From contig CT868141.1 of NCBI GenBank assembly GCA_000165425.1, positions 124,001 through 188,000 on the forward strand: a stretch of 64,000 nucleotides of DNA. The letters run 5' to 3'. The DNA comes from Paramecium tetraurelia. Taxonomy: Eukaryota. Each line of letters opens with the position of its first letter. Position 1 is the first letter of the stretch. Under the pieces are notes generated by a model. The model had not been told where the DNA came from. It saw only the letters and a program-made list of their open reading frames with translations, and did not search any database. Both the position numbers and the translations under genes were made by a program. Positions 13,351 to 26,756 of this stretch are shown in pieces.

Positions 13351-15986
13351 TCAATTTGTGGGTTTGTATTACGATACAATTATTTAAGGAGCTTAATAAC
13401 TGGTATAGTCTCTAGATCCAACTCTATCAATAATTTATGATGACACATTATCTTCTTTTGGATATAAATTTCTATGATAGAATTATTACATTACTTCTCA
13501 AGATTATTAGTGATAATCACCTACTTTGTTGTTGTTGTTGTACTGTTCTACAAAGGCTAAAATTAATAATTCTAAGAAATGGGAGTGGGCGACGGTAGAT
13601 TTTATGTTGAAGATTAATAAACATTAGAAGTTGTACTCTTTTAAACATAGCTTGTAGTTTAAACGATAGGCTATTGCTATTGAATTAGAGTGGTTGATGT
13701 TGTGATTTGTTATTGTTATTATGGTAATTTTTTGGATTATCTTAATTTTACTTCTTCTAGAATATTGATTTGAGATTCATATTCAGTAATCTAGATAAGA
13801 ATATACTATTACCTTCTAAATCATGTTGTTTATTCTGACTTCTTGGTCTCTCTTTAGATTTTATAATCTTTCAATTTCTAATTAGAGAGTTTCAATTTAA
13901 GCTTCCAGTTCTCTTATTCTTAATTCTTTTGTTCTTACTTATTCCTTAATTACTAAAACAGTATTTGTATTAACAGAACTTGAATTAGAATTTAAAGTCA
14001 TTTCTAATTCAATTATTTTTTGATTCTTTTGTTAAATAATATCAGTGAGTTCTTTAATCTTAGGTTCATCTGTAAGTACAACAGTTTTTTCAATTAATGA
14101 TTGGGTATTCCTTGTTTCATATTCCTTAGTTCTTATTTCAAATTCCCTAATTCTAGTTTCGTAAATTGATATTTTATTCTGTTGTTCTTTAAGTTTTGCT
14201 TCCAAATCTCTAACTTTTGAGTCATCATAACTAAATTTAAGCGATTATGATTGGAATTATTGAGATTATAATTCTTTGATTCTTAATTCTAATTCCTAAA
14301 TTTATCTATAGTAATTGTCTCTCTCTCTTCTTAAAGCATCATCCTATGAATTTCTAATAGAAGTTGTTTACAACTCTCTGACTTTCATTTCTAATTCTTA
14401 TACTTATCTCTAAAAGTTATCTCTTTCTCTTTTTAAAGAGAGGTATTGAATATCATTCTCAATGTTAATAGTTGTTATATTAGTAACAGATTTATTTCCC
14501 TACTTGATCAAAGCATCATATTCAATTCTCAATTGATCATATTCCTTCAACCTAATTTCAGTCTAAAAGTAACGATTCTTCCAAACTTCTAGTTCTTGTT
14601 AAATATTTTACAACTCCTTAGATAAGTTTTCAACACTCTTATATTTTGAAGAATTTGATTCTACAATATCTTTGTATCTAAGATAATTTGCATTTTGTTC
14701 ATTGTATTTAATTGATAATTCTGAATATGTTTCTTCAAGTTCTTTGATTCTCAACATAAATGTATCACAATCTTTTTCTAATTCTTCAATTTAAATCTCC
14801 AATTTCCACTTTTATTCTTCTATTTCCTCAAATCTTTCTGAATTAAACACATTAGCTGATAATCTGAATCCTTCCATTTCCTAATTTTATTGTTCAATTT
14901 TAGATTGTGCTGCTTCCAATTACCTTCTCAATTGATCTAATTCACTTTCATAATTAGCAATTTGTTGTTATTATTGAGACATTTTGGATGATTATTATAA
15001 ACTCATCTACTAAGTCATTTACTAAGTCATAGTGAGACGAGTCCTTTGCATTTCCTACTCTTTTTCTCCTAATAAACGATTCAATTAATCAATTCTAGCT
15101 AATAACTTAGATTCATCTGATGTTTATTGACGTGCTTCTAATACTTTACATCTATCCTTCCATACTCCCAATTCATGAATTAATGCTTCTATATCAGCTT
15201 CTAATGAATTGACTCTATCATTCTACGATAATTTCACTCTTATTTCTTGGCTTTCCAAAATAACAGCATCATATTTTTCTTTCCACCTTTGAATTTCTAA
15301 TCGCAACTCTTCAATCAATGATTCCTAATCACTTAATTGTTAGGATATTAAATCAACACTTTGATACTTCTCAAATTTCTTCTTTGCTTCTAATTCAAAT
15401 AATTTCAATTTATTTTAATAATACGCTAGCTGTTTTAATTATTCAGCATTATCTTTATCTTTTTGTTCAAGTTCTGAGTATTTGCGTTTCCATGACTCTA
15501 TCTCAATCATTAACTTCTCTATTTCTGTTCTGCTCTTTAACTCACTTTCACTTCGTAACATCATTAATTCCTTCTGAGTGGCTTCCAATTCCTATTACGT
15601 GATTAACAGTTCTTTTCTGAGAATGGTTACATCAGAGCTTGAACTTGATTTGTAAGTGGCTACTTCCCTCTTTAATTACTCAATGACTTCTCTAAATATG
15701 TGCATCTTAACTACCTCATTCTTAAATTATCTTAGATCAACTCTTCATAATGATGTTGTCTTTCTGCTTCTGACTTCTCGTAAGTTTTAGTGCGTTGTAC
15801 CACCATGAAATCTTTGTCATCTACTTTCCCAAGCAACTAGGTTGAAGACCAATTGGCTTATTGAGGAGCCACTTAAAAGCTTTCTTCCTTATATCTTATT
15901 TGTTAGGTTTCATTATATGATGTTGTCTAAATGGTTTATTATTATCCTTATTGATTCATTGTCTAAAATGTTCTGCTATAATTCAT
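13351..15986 (-). CDS. Large coiled-coil, probably cytoskeletal/cortical protein
   Basis: Long E/K/Q/R-rich heptad frame with recurring EIESWKRKY, EIQRWKEKY, ELGVWKDRC and ELEVWKNRY motifs. Q/S/T-rich termini and several tiny introns. Confidence 0.85.
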
Positions 15987-15999
15987 TATTATTTTATTT

Positions 16000-17230
16000 A
16001 TGAAGATACTTTTTGTAATAATCGATGGGGTTGCTGATGTTGGTACTCCTGAGACTTAATTTAAAACCCCCCTTCGAATTGGCTTAAATACCAACTATGA
16101 ATCAAATTGCCTCAACTGGACTTGCTGGCTTGATGGATCCAGTCGAACCAGGGCTATCTTGTGGAAGTGACACAGCTCACATGAGCATTTTTGGTTATGA
16201 TCCATTTACATTTTACAGAGGCAGAGGAGCATTTGAAACAATGGGCTCTGGAATTGATATGGAAGTAGGAGACATAGCATTCAAATGTAATTTCGCATAT
16301 ATCGAAAATGGAATTGTGAAATTAAGAAGAGTAGACAGAGAATTCCCTGAATGGGGTCTTCCTTTGATTGATGCTCTCAACACTCAACTAAAGACTCCCA
16401 TTTAAATACAAGCAAATCACGCAACAGAACATCGAATTGGATTGAAAGTAGTGTCAAATCATTATTCGGGTGAATTGTCAGATGAAATCATAGGCACTGA
16501 TCCACTCAAAGATAATCTACCCTTGAGATAAGCTAAACCAAAAGTACAATGCGAAAAGGCTATCAGGACTGCCAAAATTATAAATGAACTATCCGATTCC
16601 ATACATTAAATGCTATCTGAACATCCTATTAATATACAAAGATAATAGTAAGGACTACCCACAGCTAACATTGTACTCTTGAGAGGATGTGGATAAAGAA
16701 TTAAAGTTCAAAGCTTCTAAGAGAAGTATGGTTGGAAGGGGGCAGTCATTGCTCCTACAGCCATTATCTAAGGATTAGGAAAGACCATTGGTTTGGAATG
16801 GCATCATGTTGAGGGTGCTACAGGAGACTATAATAGCAATTTCATTAACAAAGCAAAAAAAGCAAGTGAATTATTAGAAAATGATTATGACTTTGTATTC
16901 TTACACATCAAAGCAGTTGATGATGCAGGACATGACAAAAATAAAGATCTCAAAATTAAGTATATATAGAAGGTGGATGAAATGCTTAATTATTTTGTGG
17001 ATAACACTAAACTGCAAGATGCTGTGATAGCTGTTACTGGTGATCATACTACTCCATATGCTTATGGAGATCACACTTTTTAGAGTGTTCCATTTATCGT
17101 TAGCAAATTGAGTTTATTGAATGGAAAGAAGAATGATGTTTAATTTAATGAGATTTCATGTTTAAAAGGGTCTTTGGGTAGATTTTGTGGAAAATAAGTG
17201 ATGTAAATTATAAAATAGTATAGTTCATGA
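16000..17230 (+). CDS. apgM: Cofactor-independent phosphoglycerate mutase, archaeal (ApgM) type; contains a +1 frameshift near 16075
   Basis: MKILFVIIDGVAD...KTP in frame 0. In frame +1: GSDTAHMSIFGYDP..YRGRGAFE, ANIVLLRG, FLHIKAVDDAGHD, VTGDHTTP and GDH metal-binding motifs. Confidence 0.9.
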
Positions 17231-17263
17231 TTATAATTAAATAAATATAAAATATTTTCTGTT

Positions 17264-17987
17264 ATGAGTTTATTTGAAGAAGTTAACAACCTTTTAGACA
17301 CAGAAAAAGATAAAATGGCACATGAGTAATATATTTAATATCCTTAAGTACTTATAATTCATTACTTGACTTATAAAGGGAAAACTATGGGTTCTATGAA
17401 ATTAATGAAGTATTCTTCGGCAACACCCATTCAAATTTAGACAAATACCTTAAAAAGATTAAGGAAACAATAGCTAAAAATACTAGGAATATTGAGAATT
17501 TTAAGAATGCTTATGACTTTGGAAGTATGCTTAGTGTTAAGGAAAAATTCAAATTGTTGAGCATTGATAAATTTTACAAGGGCTAAAACAAATTGCCAAA
17601 ATGGTTTGATGAATATAAAATGGAATAATTAGAGAGGGCAAGGGAATACATTAATAATTTTGCTTTGCGTTCCTATAAAAATAGAGTTAATGAGACAGTA
17701 ATGGCTGAAAGGAAACGACTCGAAAAAAAAGTACTTAATTTGATTGATGAAATTCATACTTCTTATACTGTAGAACTTAAATTGGAACCACCCATTTTAA
17801 AAATTTAAGAGTTACAACATTGTAAATAATGTAATTTTACATATTAGTACTTGAGGAAATGCAAGAATATGATCGCATAATATCTGAATTAGTTATAGTT
17901 GTTATGCATAAGGTGGATGAGGCATGCGCTTAGATAGTCAGAAACTTCCTTGAATTTCAGTCAAAATGTGAAACACTATTTAAATGA
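17264..17987 (+). CDS. Hypothetical helical protein
   Basis: MSLFEEVNNLLDTEKDKMAH... with two tiny introns, ending ...FQSKCETLFK-TGA. Confidence 0.8.
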
Positions 17988-18033
17988 ATTCATTTCATAA
18001 ATTTATAATAACCAAATTTTTACTTGAAAATTT

Positions 18034-19161
18034 ATGGACGAAGAAAAACCAGGTTTTTTTGAGTAGTTAAGATAACTCTATCAGAACAGGGAGAAAATAG
18101 AGTCCAAGATTGTGGGATTTCATATGCAAAAACAATTTAAGATTTCTCACCTCTATGGCAATGAAGAGCAAATAAATTGCATGGACTTAATTGACATTTC
18201 TGAGACTGAATCATTTATTATAGTATGTTCTGATGCTAAAATCAAATTATATTCACACACTACCAAATTAGATAAATTATTTGAGTTTGTCATTCAATTT
18301 GAAGCCAATGAACATCTTGATTATGATGGACTGAAAAATGAGAAACAAAAAAAGTTTCTAAGACATTCTAAACAACTAACAACAGGATCTGTTAAAGAAC
18401 TCATAATGTTCTGCCATTTCGCATACATTCATGATCAATTATATGTATTTGCAGGTGGAGACCTAGGATATGTCTACCAAATTGAAATCAAAGAAAATCC
18501 TGAATATTTCTTACTTGAAGGACATCACAATGTGATCACAGGATTAGCTAGTAACAACAAAGGAGCATTTTCATCATCTAAAGATGGTTCAATTATTTAG
18601 TGGGATGTCACTAATAGATAAATTGTTTAAGTGCTTAGAGATGGAGATACGCCAGAAGCAGAAGTCTTGTGTGTTTCAGCTAATTAAGAACATGTGATTG
18701 GAGCATACTCTGATGGGAAATTGAAGTTGTGGACAATCTAGGATTATAAAAATGATAGTTGGACTTATAAAATTAATAAATCGCCTACTATCATATTTTA
18801 AGGTCCGTTGTAAGATATTTATCCTCATATAACTTAAATATTCTTATTAAAATAAACTATTGTAACAAAACATCTAAATGGTATTTTGAATTACTTTGTG
18901 TTCGATTTGTAAGGCAGAACCATATCACTTAGAGATTGGGAGATGTCAAATGAGAATTATTGGGAAAGCATAGATGTGAAATTTCCATACCTGATCTATA
19001 CTTGTTTTAATCGTATGCAAGTGATAACCCTTAAAAAAAACAAACTCACTTATGAAGCTGAATTAGATGTTTTGCCATCTAGCAAACTGACAATATCCAA
19101 AATATCAAATAGATTGATTGTTATTGGAAGGATGAATTAATACACAATTTTATAATAATGA
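18034..19161 (+). CDS. WD40-repeat protein, EED/ESC-like (candidate PRC2 subunit)
   Basis: Intronless 375-aa frame. The segment FAGGDLGYV...GHHNVITGL...SSSKDGSIIQWD...EVLCVS...DGKLKLW parallels the EED/ESC core repeats. The WD40 call is secure and the EED call is tentative. Confidence 0.8.
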
Positions 19162-19440
19162 TATATATGTATATTCATTGCAAGATTATTATCTATTAGT
19201 ATTTTAAATAAATTTGTTCTTTAATATCAACTCATAAAGCAATTCCAAAAATTAATTCATTCTAATGGCGTTTTTAAATAATTAATATTAAAATAGCTAA
19301 ATTTTGGATTATTATCATGGTGATTAACTAAATGAAAAATGCGTCATTTAGTATTAATTTATTACATAATGCGCATGAAAATAGGCATTAATTAACCAAA
19401 TTCTTTAAATTCATGATCTAATTTATTAAATATCCAGCAA

Positions 19441-20434
19441 ATGCACTCCCAACATGTTAAGTTAAGTGATGACCCAGAACTATCTGCAGTATGTTCAGCC
19501 CTCCTTCTTGCCTTCATAGAGAATTCTCGTGTTTTAAGATATTGTTCCGGAGGTGGAGACTACACAAACACTCAAAATGATTTTGGAGATCATTAATTAG
19601 AAATGGATGTTTAATGCGAATTAAATGTTAACACAGAATTGAAGAAGACAGGCTTCGTCAGTCATTCAGCAAGTGAGGAAACACCAGAAGTACAATTATC
19701 AATTAATCCATTTTTAGATGAAGCTTCTATCTGAAGGTGGAAAGTTCATAGTCACATTTGACCCATTGGATGGAAGTTCAATTATCGGAACCAACTTTGC
19801 AGTCGGAACAATTGTGGCCATATGGAAATCTGATGAAAATCTATTGATCGGAAAGAGAGGAAGAGACATGGTATCAGCCTGCTGCTGTCTCTATGGTAGT
19901 CGTACTAATGTTGTCTTCTGGAATGAAAAAGAATAAAAAATTTAAGAATACACATTGTTTGGTATCATAATAATTTTATCATTAGATGGAGACAAATAAG
20001 GTCATTGGGAATTGACAAAGGATAACATCAAGATTAAGCCAAAAGGTAAATTGTTCAGTCCAGGAAATACAAGATGCATTGTCGATCATATCCCCTATAG
20101 AGAAGTTGTTGATTATTGGATTCACAATGGCTATACTCTTAGATACTCTGGTGGCATGGCTCCAGATATTTGCTAAATCTTCCTAAAAGAAGTTGGCGTC
20201 TTCTCATGTTTTGGAGATGCAAAAAATCCATCTAAACTCAGATATCTTTATGAGTGCGCTCCACTCTCCTTCTTAATCGAGAAGGCTGAAGGAAAATCAT
20301 TTAATGGTAAACATTCAGTTTTAGACACTGAAATTACAGGATATCAACAAAAAAGTGAAATTATTGTTGGAAGTGCAGATGAAATCGAATTTTTCAAATC
20401 AATCTGGAAGAAGCATGGTATTTTAAAGGAATGA
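19441..20434 (+). CDS. SBP: Sedoheptulose-1,7-bisphosphatase (FBPase class I family)
   Basis: NDFGDHQL, SEE, FDPLDGSSIIGTNFAVGTI, LFSPGN, YTLRYSGGMAPD and KLRYLYECAPL. The DGSSI..NF.VGTI and FSPGN signatures match SBPase rather than FBPase. 2 introns. Confidence 0.9.
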
Positions 20435-20762
20435 TGATGTAATATATATAAAATTTTATTATAAATTTATTTTTAAGGATAAATAATCATTATTTGTATT
20501 AATTTTTATAAAAATGTTTAATATATAATAATTATAATTCATTATTTTCATTAATCAAACTTAAATGTTCTATTAAATAATAAATATTTGAGAAATCTCA
20601 GAATAAAATTAGATAAAGAAAATTGATTTTATATTTTCTTATTTCCAGAATTTTTAGAAAATAAAATTACGATAACCAAAAAATTAATTCTGAATCATAA
20701 ATTTATAAAATTGTCAAACATTAATTAGTATAATCATACTCCTCATATAAATAGAAATTATC

Positions 20763-23700
20763 TCAATGATTCTAATAATTGATGGCCAATTCATCTAGTT
20801 TAGGAACTTTCTTAGTTTATTCATAAACCATTTCTCTTAACTTATCATTCAATCCTTAGATTTACAGCTATTATAATTTGATTTTATGAGCATAATCTTT
20901 TTCCATATCTAATAATAGTTGATGCAAATGAGTATTTTCATTTTGTAGTTGTTTTACTTTAAATTCTAAAGGGGAAGAATTCTTAGAATCATCAAAAAAT
21001 GTTACCTCTTAGACAAATGATGATTGTATATTATTTTACTAAGACAATTAGGATATAACCTGTTCCTATCTGGATATTTCTTATTTAAGATAATGTATTG
21101 TATTTTATTAATTTGCTAATTATTCTTATTATTATTAAATTTGATCGTTGATTATTCTCTTTTCATCATGAATTTATTTTTATTATTATAAACTGGCGTC
21201 TAGTTTGGTCTATACTTTTTTGAGTTATTATTATAGATTGCTATCTGATTAATTCTTAAATTCCTAAACCTATTTTTATAATCTATCAACCTATAGTTTA
21301 AATTAAATATTTTCATTTTTGTGTTTTTCAGAACTTTCTTGAATTTATCTACTCTCTCTCTAAAATCTTTGTAACTCTTATTCTTTCTCTTCTTTTAATA
21401 TATTGTTACTATTTGACATTTATAACAATCGCTAATATAATCTTTAAGCCTCTTGCTTTAGCTGCGTATATTCCTCTTAATTTTATATGTATATGAGTTT
21501 TTGTTCTTCTATTAAATCTTATTATTTTTGTAATACAGATTATAGATTAGATATATCCTGTTTTAATGTACTATTTTCTTAATTAAGTTGGTTAAATTTT
21601 TCCCCTTGCAACTAATTTTCTACTATTTAATTATTCAATCTTGTAATCTCTTCCAAATGTTGTTTCTATTCTTAATCAATGTAATTTTATAAGTCTTAAA
21701 TCTACTGTGATTATTCTTCAATTTAAAGTTCTTACTTATATATTTTATCATTTAATTGTTCAAAATGAATTAATTTGATTATTTTAAATTCATTTTTATT
21801 ATTAATTTGCTAATACTCCTTCGTTATACTGTCAAGTGCAGATCCTTATTTGTAATACTCATCCTGTAATTATATTAACAGGTGTTAGTATTAATTTGCT
21901 TTCTAATTTAACTTATCATTCTCAACCATTAATTCTTTATATTGCTCTTCATAATTAGTCTAAATAGAACTATTTTCTTTTTGTTTAACATTTTCTTATT
22001 TTTTCAAGGTCTAATTTTACAACTGAATTGATGCAGCTATACTGTTAGTATCACCTAATAATTACTTAATCTTTTCAGTAATCTAAACAATTTATGAATT
22101 AAGCTATATATGATCCCCTATGCTTATAATTAATGCTTAAATTATTTATGATATTTCATCTACCTTTTAGTTATGCTAATTTTATGGAAACTTTTACTCA
22201 TTACTTTTTTTAATTTTATCTTCATCTTTTTTTTATATCCTGAGTTATTAAACATAAATAGCTTGTTGTTTTAATTTCTGGATCTAATTCTATAAATCTT
22301 GTTTTGTTTTCTGAATCCTAAAGTTCAAATCATCAAATTCCTCTAATTTAACCAAAGCCGCAGAAATTTTACTACTCAAATCCCAAATTTTGTTTTATTC
22401 AATATAAAACTTATTTTATTTTACTTAATCTTATTCCTCATTTTTATTATTTTAAGTTATAATTTGAGATTATTGTATTTGTTGAAACTGGGTTTCTTGC
22501 ACTTAATTTTAATAATTAAAGATCTTTTCTAACCTATTTTTCTCCTCTGTCATATAGAATAGAGCATCTTTCAGTTTTTGGCATTCTTAAATTAAAGTTT
22601 AATTCTCTTATTTCAATTTTGTAATATCAAATGAAAGTGATTCATTTTAATTTTTATAAGTTTTTTATTCATTATAAATGAACCCTTCCTTTTAATTTGA
22701 AGAATATTCAATAATATTATATTGTCTCATATTTTTTTGTAATTATTCAATATCATTCTGTTATTTGAATATTTAATTCTACAATTATAAATTTTCTTCT
22801 TGCATTTATTTGATATGTCCATCTAAAATAGTTTTATTCTAAATAATAATTTTTTTTTCTCGTTATTCAAACTATATTTAACTTTATAAATAATTTATAT
22901 CTCTTTATTGAATAAAAAATTATGAGTTTAGATCATCAATTTGTTTTCGTAATTTGTTAATTTAATCATTTTAACAGCCTTCAAAATCCTCTATGTCTAA
23001 TTTTAAATTTTGTCTTAGCTTTTGTAAATCAATTTGATTTTGATGATTTTCTTATTCCAAAATAATGATTTGTTATTGTTATTAATTAAGCAAATGAGTT
23101 TAGTTGGTATATTGTTTTTATAATTATAAGTGTAGCAATTATTTTGTTTCAAAATCTTTGACTTGCTCTTAATAATTTTAATTTTAATTAGTCAGTTCAG
23201 TAATTTATTATTTAAGTTGATTTAACTCTAATTCAAATGATTAAACCAACCTTTCTTTTTGTTATTGCAATAGCTATTACTAATTTGATAATTAAAATAT
23301 CTGTTCTTTTAAATCATTTGCTTTACCTTAAGATAGTTGATTTTGAGAACCTTGAAATTACTTTTCAAGTTGAATTATTTTAATATTTGCTTATTCTTTT
23401 AATACTTTTTCTGTTGATAATTGTTTTTCTAATAGCGCAATTTTTGAGGATAAAACAGTATTTTAAGCCGATATTTATACTTCGCTATTTTATTGCATTT
23501 AAGATAACTAATTTTAAAGAAATGAGTTAAGTTATTTCATATCTTCTATTTAAAAGTTTAAATTCTAAATGACATCCATATTTTATATTTATTCACTATT
23601 TTGATTACAATCTTTTTATTTTTACATTTAATCAAGTTACTCTTTTAATGATAAATATTTGATCTAAATCATTTTTAATTATTAAGCTATTTCGATTTTC

Positions 23701-26700
23701 TCTTTTGTTAAATTTTGAATTTCTTCAAATTGATTTGAATTACTTAATTTCTATTATTAAAGTAATTATTCTTAAGTTTAAATTTACTATTAAAGTTCAG
23801 AAATAGAATCATTTAGTTGATTAGATAATTCTTATTCAAAAAATAACTTTTATTTTAGATTTTCTATTTCAATCTAATCATTATTAAGTGATTATTTATT
23901 TTCTATTGATATAGTTTAAGTCTCTTTATTTTAGTTTATTGTTTACTTTTTTGAGTTTGATTAAATTTCCAATAAAAATTATTCTGTTTTCTTAAGTTGC
24001 TATTCTAAATTTGTATTTCGCTTTTAAATCTCTTCTATTGTATTTTATTAAGTATTAGTCTCTTTTTACAACGATTGAACTACATGCTTTGTGAACTGAT
24101 GTTAATCTTGTTCAAATTTCAATTTTAATTGAATATCCCGCAAATCCTTCATATAATCCTGCAGTTAGTGTTATAAAGAAGAATTTTATTATTCAAGGTG
24201 ACTAATTTCTTCTGATTATTTTTATAATCTTGTTAAATTTAACATTTAATTTTCATGATCTTATTTTATTTTAAATACTTCTTTGTTTAATTCTGATTCT
24301 CTTTAATATAACTAAGATACTAAAGGTTCATAGTAATTTTGAATTTCATCTTATATTTAAATTAATTGTAAAAAATGAGTTTATTATTCATTAAGCAATT
24401 TCTTCTGTGAAGCAATTTGTAATAAAAAATCATTAGATTCATTAACCTATGTTTGGTTATCTAATTTATTATGATCAGAATTTGGCTATTAAATTTTATA
24501 ATTTTGATATTCTTAAGAAATTCTATTAAATTTATTATCTCTTTAATTCTAAACTTTTTATTATTTTTCATTGATCAAAACTAAAATTTAGTTCTCTAGA
24601 TTTTATAATTGCTCCAAAGAGTTTGAATATGTTTTTTTAATTTCCAATTCCGACCTTTATAGTTTCTGCTTGAATATCAATCGAAAATCTTGAAATTATT
24701 TGTAAATTAGATATAAACTATCATTCTCTTTAATCTTTTCTTCTGATTATTGTTAACTATCGAACTTCTACTTTACAATAGACACAGGTTCTTACAAGGT
24801 TATTTTATTAAAAATATGTAAATCTTAGATTTCAAATGACTTTTAGGATATCGAATCATTTTCATTAAAATGAGCCGTATTTCGAGGTAATCTCCTATCT
24901 AATTCATAGTTTTACTTTTGAGATTTGACATTTGCATCTATAGCTTTTAATCAATAAATACCCTATTTATTTTGAAAATTTTTTTAGTTAGATACTTCGT
25001 TATTTATGTTTTCTTAAGAATTAACTTAGAATTCGGTTGTATAAACATCAAATTGTGGTTGATGGGAGTTTTCCAAGAGTGTTTATTCCTATCTCTCGAA
25101 AACTCTTAAATTAGGTTGGTTAACGTTTATTCTAAATAGTAAATGACATACTTAATAGGCTTACAAAATTAAGCAGTCTCATTAGGATATATTCCTCTTA
25201 CAAAGTATGGTGGATTCTGAAAGTTCTATTTTACTACAGTTTTTTGAATTGGTGAAAAATGATAATGAATCTAAGGTCCCTGTCTAGATTAAGGATAAGC
25301 GACTACATTTTATGGCTTTTAATGAATGAATTATTTATACCATCATAACTACTGGAGCCAACTATTATTTAAAAATGTTTTAATAGGAAAGAATTGTAGT
25401 CTCAGTCTTTATTCCATAAGAATGTTAATAAACTCGACTTCTTAAATGAGGCTATAAAATAGCATAAGGTTAAGAATAACAGTTATTTGGAGACACACTA
25501 TAATATTTATGGAATCTCTTTAATTTTGGATTAGTAATAATTTAAGGTGACTTTGACAAATTATGATTGATGACATAAATGCTAAGGTTTCTAATTAATA
25601 AACTTTTTACTTGTTTTAGCACAGATATTATGACATTTCTTGTTACTTTATATTCAAAACTCTATTTAATAAAGAAATTTGATTGTTTATACTCTATTTT
25701 GATTAGATTTTTTGATTTTAAATCAATAAAATTTATTACAGCAGGTCATTAATTAAATTGATATTTTGATAATTTTGTGTTTCTCGTTATTCTTAAGATA
25801 AAGACTAAAAATTTATAGATATTTATTATGGTTAAGGAGTATTTGGTCTTTTAAAAAATTAATTTACTTTTGTATTTATTTATTACCTTCTAGGGGTTTC
25901 ATTTCTTTAGTCATTTTCTTATATAAATTTATTAGGATTTGTTGGTTAATAATAGTTTTTAGTTTAAATATCTTCCTATTTAACTGTTTGATGATCATTA
26001 CTAATTAATAGCAAATTTAATTTGTCATTCAAGAATTTAAGGTCTTTTGTTAATCTTTGGTTTTCATGAATTAAATTACTTTATTAAGAGCTATATTACC
26101 ATTCCTATAATTCTAATTCTTTTTATTCTAAGAGTTAATTAAGAGTTGCTAATTAGGAATTTTTAAGTGAAAGTTGTGGATTATTTTATCTCAATTGCTG
26201 TATTTCTTCATTTTTTTGTATCAACAGTTATGAGTATAATTATTCTAAATCATTTAATTATTTCCTTAATTATGGAGCATCATCAAATTAGTAGTGAAGT
26301 TCCTAAATTTCCTTTTATAATTATAAATTTCTCAACAAAGAATTTTTGAGTTCTTGTTCAAATTAGAGACACTATTGAGTTATAAGCATATTCATTTCTT
26401 ATTAAGAGCTACATAACTAATTCCTTATACTTTTCTAAAAAAATTTTAGATATCAAGGCATTTTTCTCTAGAATTTATTAATTCAATTCAGTATTCTGTT
26501 ACAAGTATTCAACAATTTATCCCTTATAAAATAACTCTAAGTTTTACATATAATTTTAACCTCTCTTAATATAGTCTTACATTTTTTAGTTGTAGTAATC
26601 TATTTTTGAGTTTAAGATTGAATTTAATCGTTCAATTTCAATTGCCATTAAAATTATTCTCATTTTGTTGCCTTATAATTCATTTTAAGATTCTAAGGAT

Positions 26701-26756
26701 TTATCTTGGTTTTCAGAAAAATTTGTATTCACTTCTTTTTAAAAAGCTGATAACAT
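20763..26756 (-). CDS. Giant Gln-rich coiled-coil protein (about 1900 aa)
   Basis: Very long code-6 frame rich in TAA/TAG Gln codons. Apparent frame changes near 26420, 25860, 25600, 25330, 25140 and 24950 are each resolved by a tiny GT..AG intron. The 5' end is uncertain, and not every segment was checked codon by codon. Confidence 0.75.

Noticed and set aside
25300..25440. Apparent split of the giant coiled-coil gene into two genes
   Set aside because: A 25-nt GTA..AAG intron restores a continuous frame.
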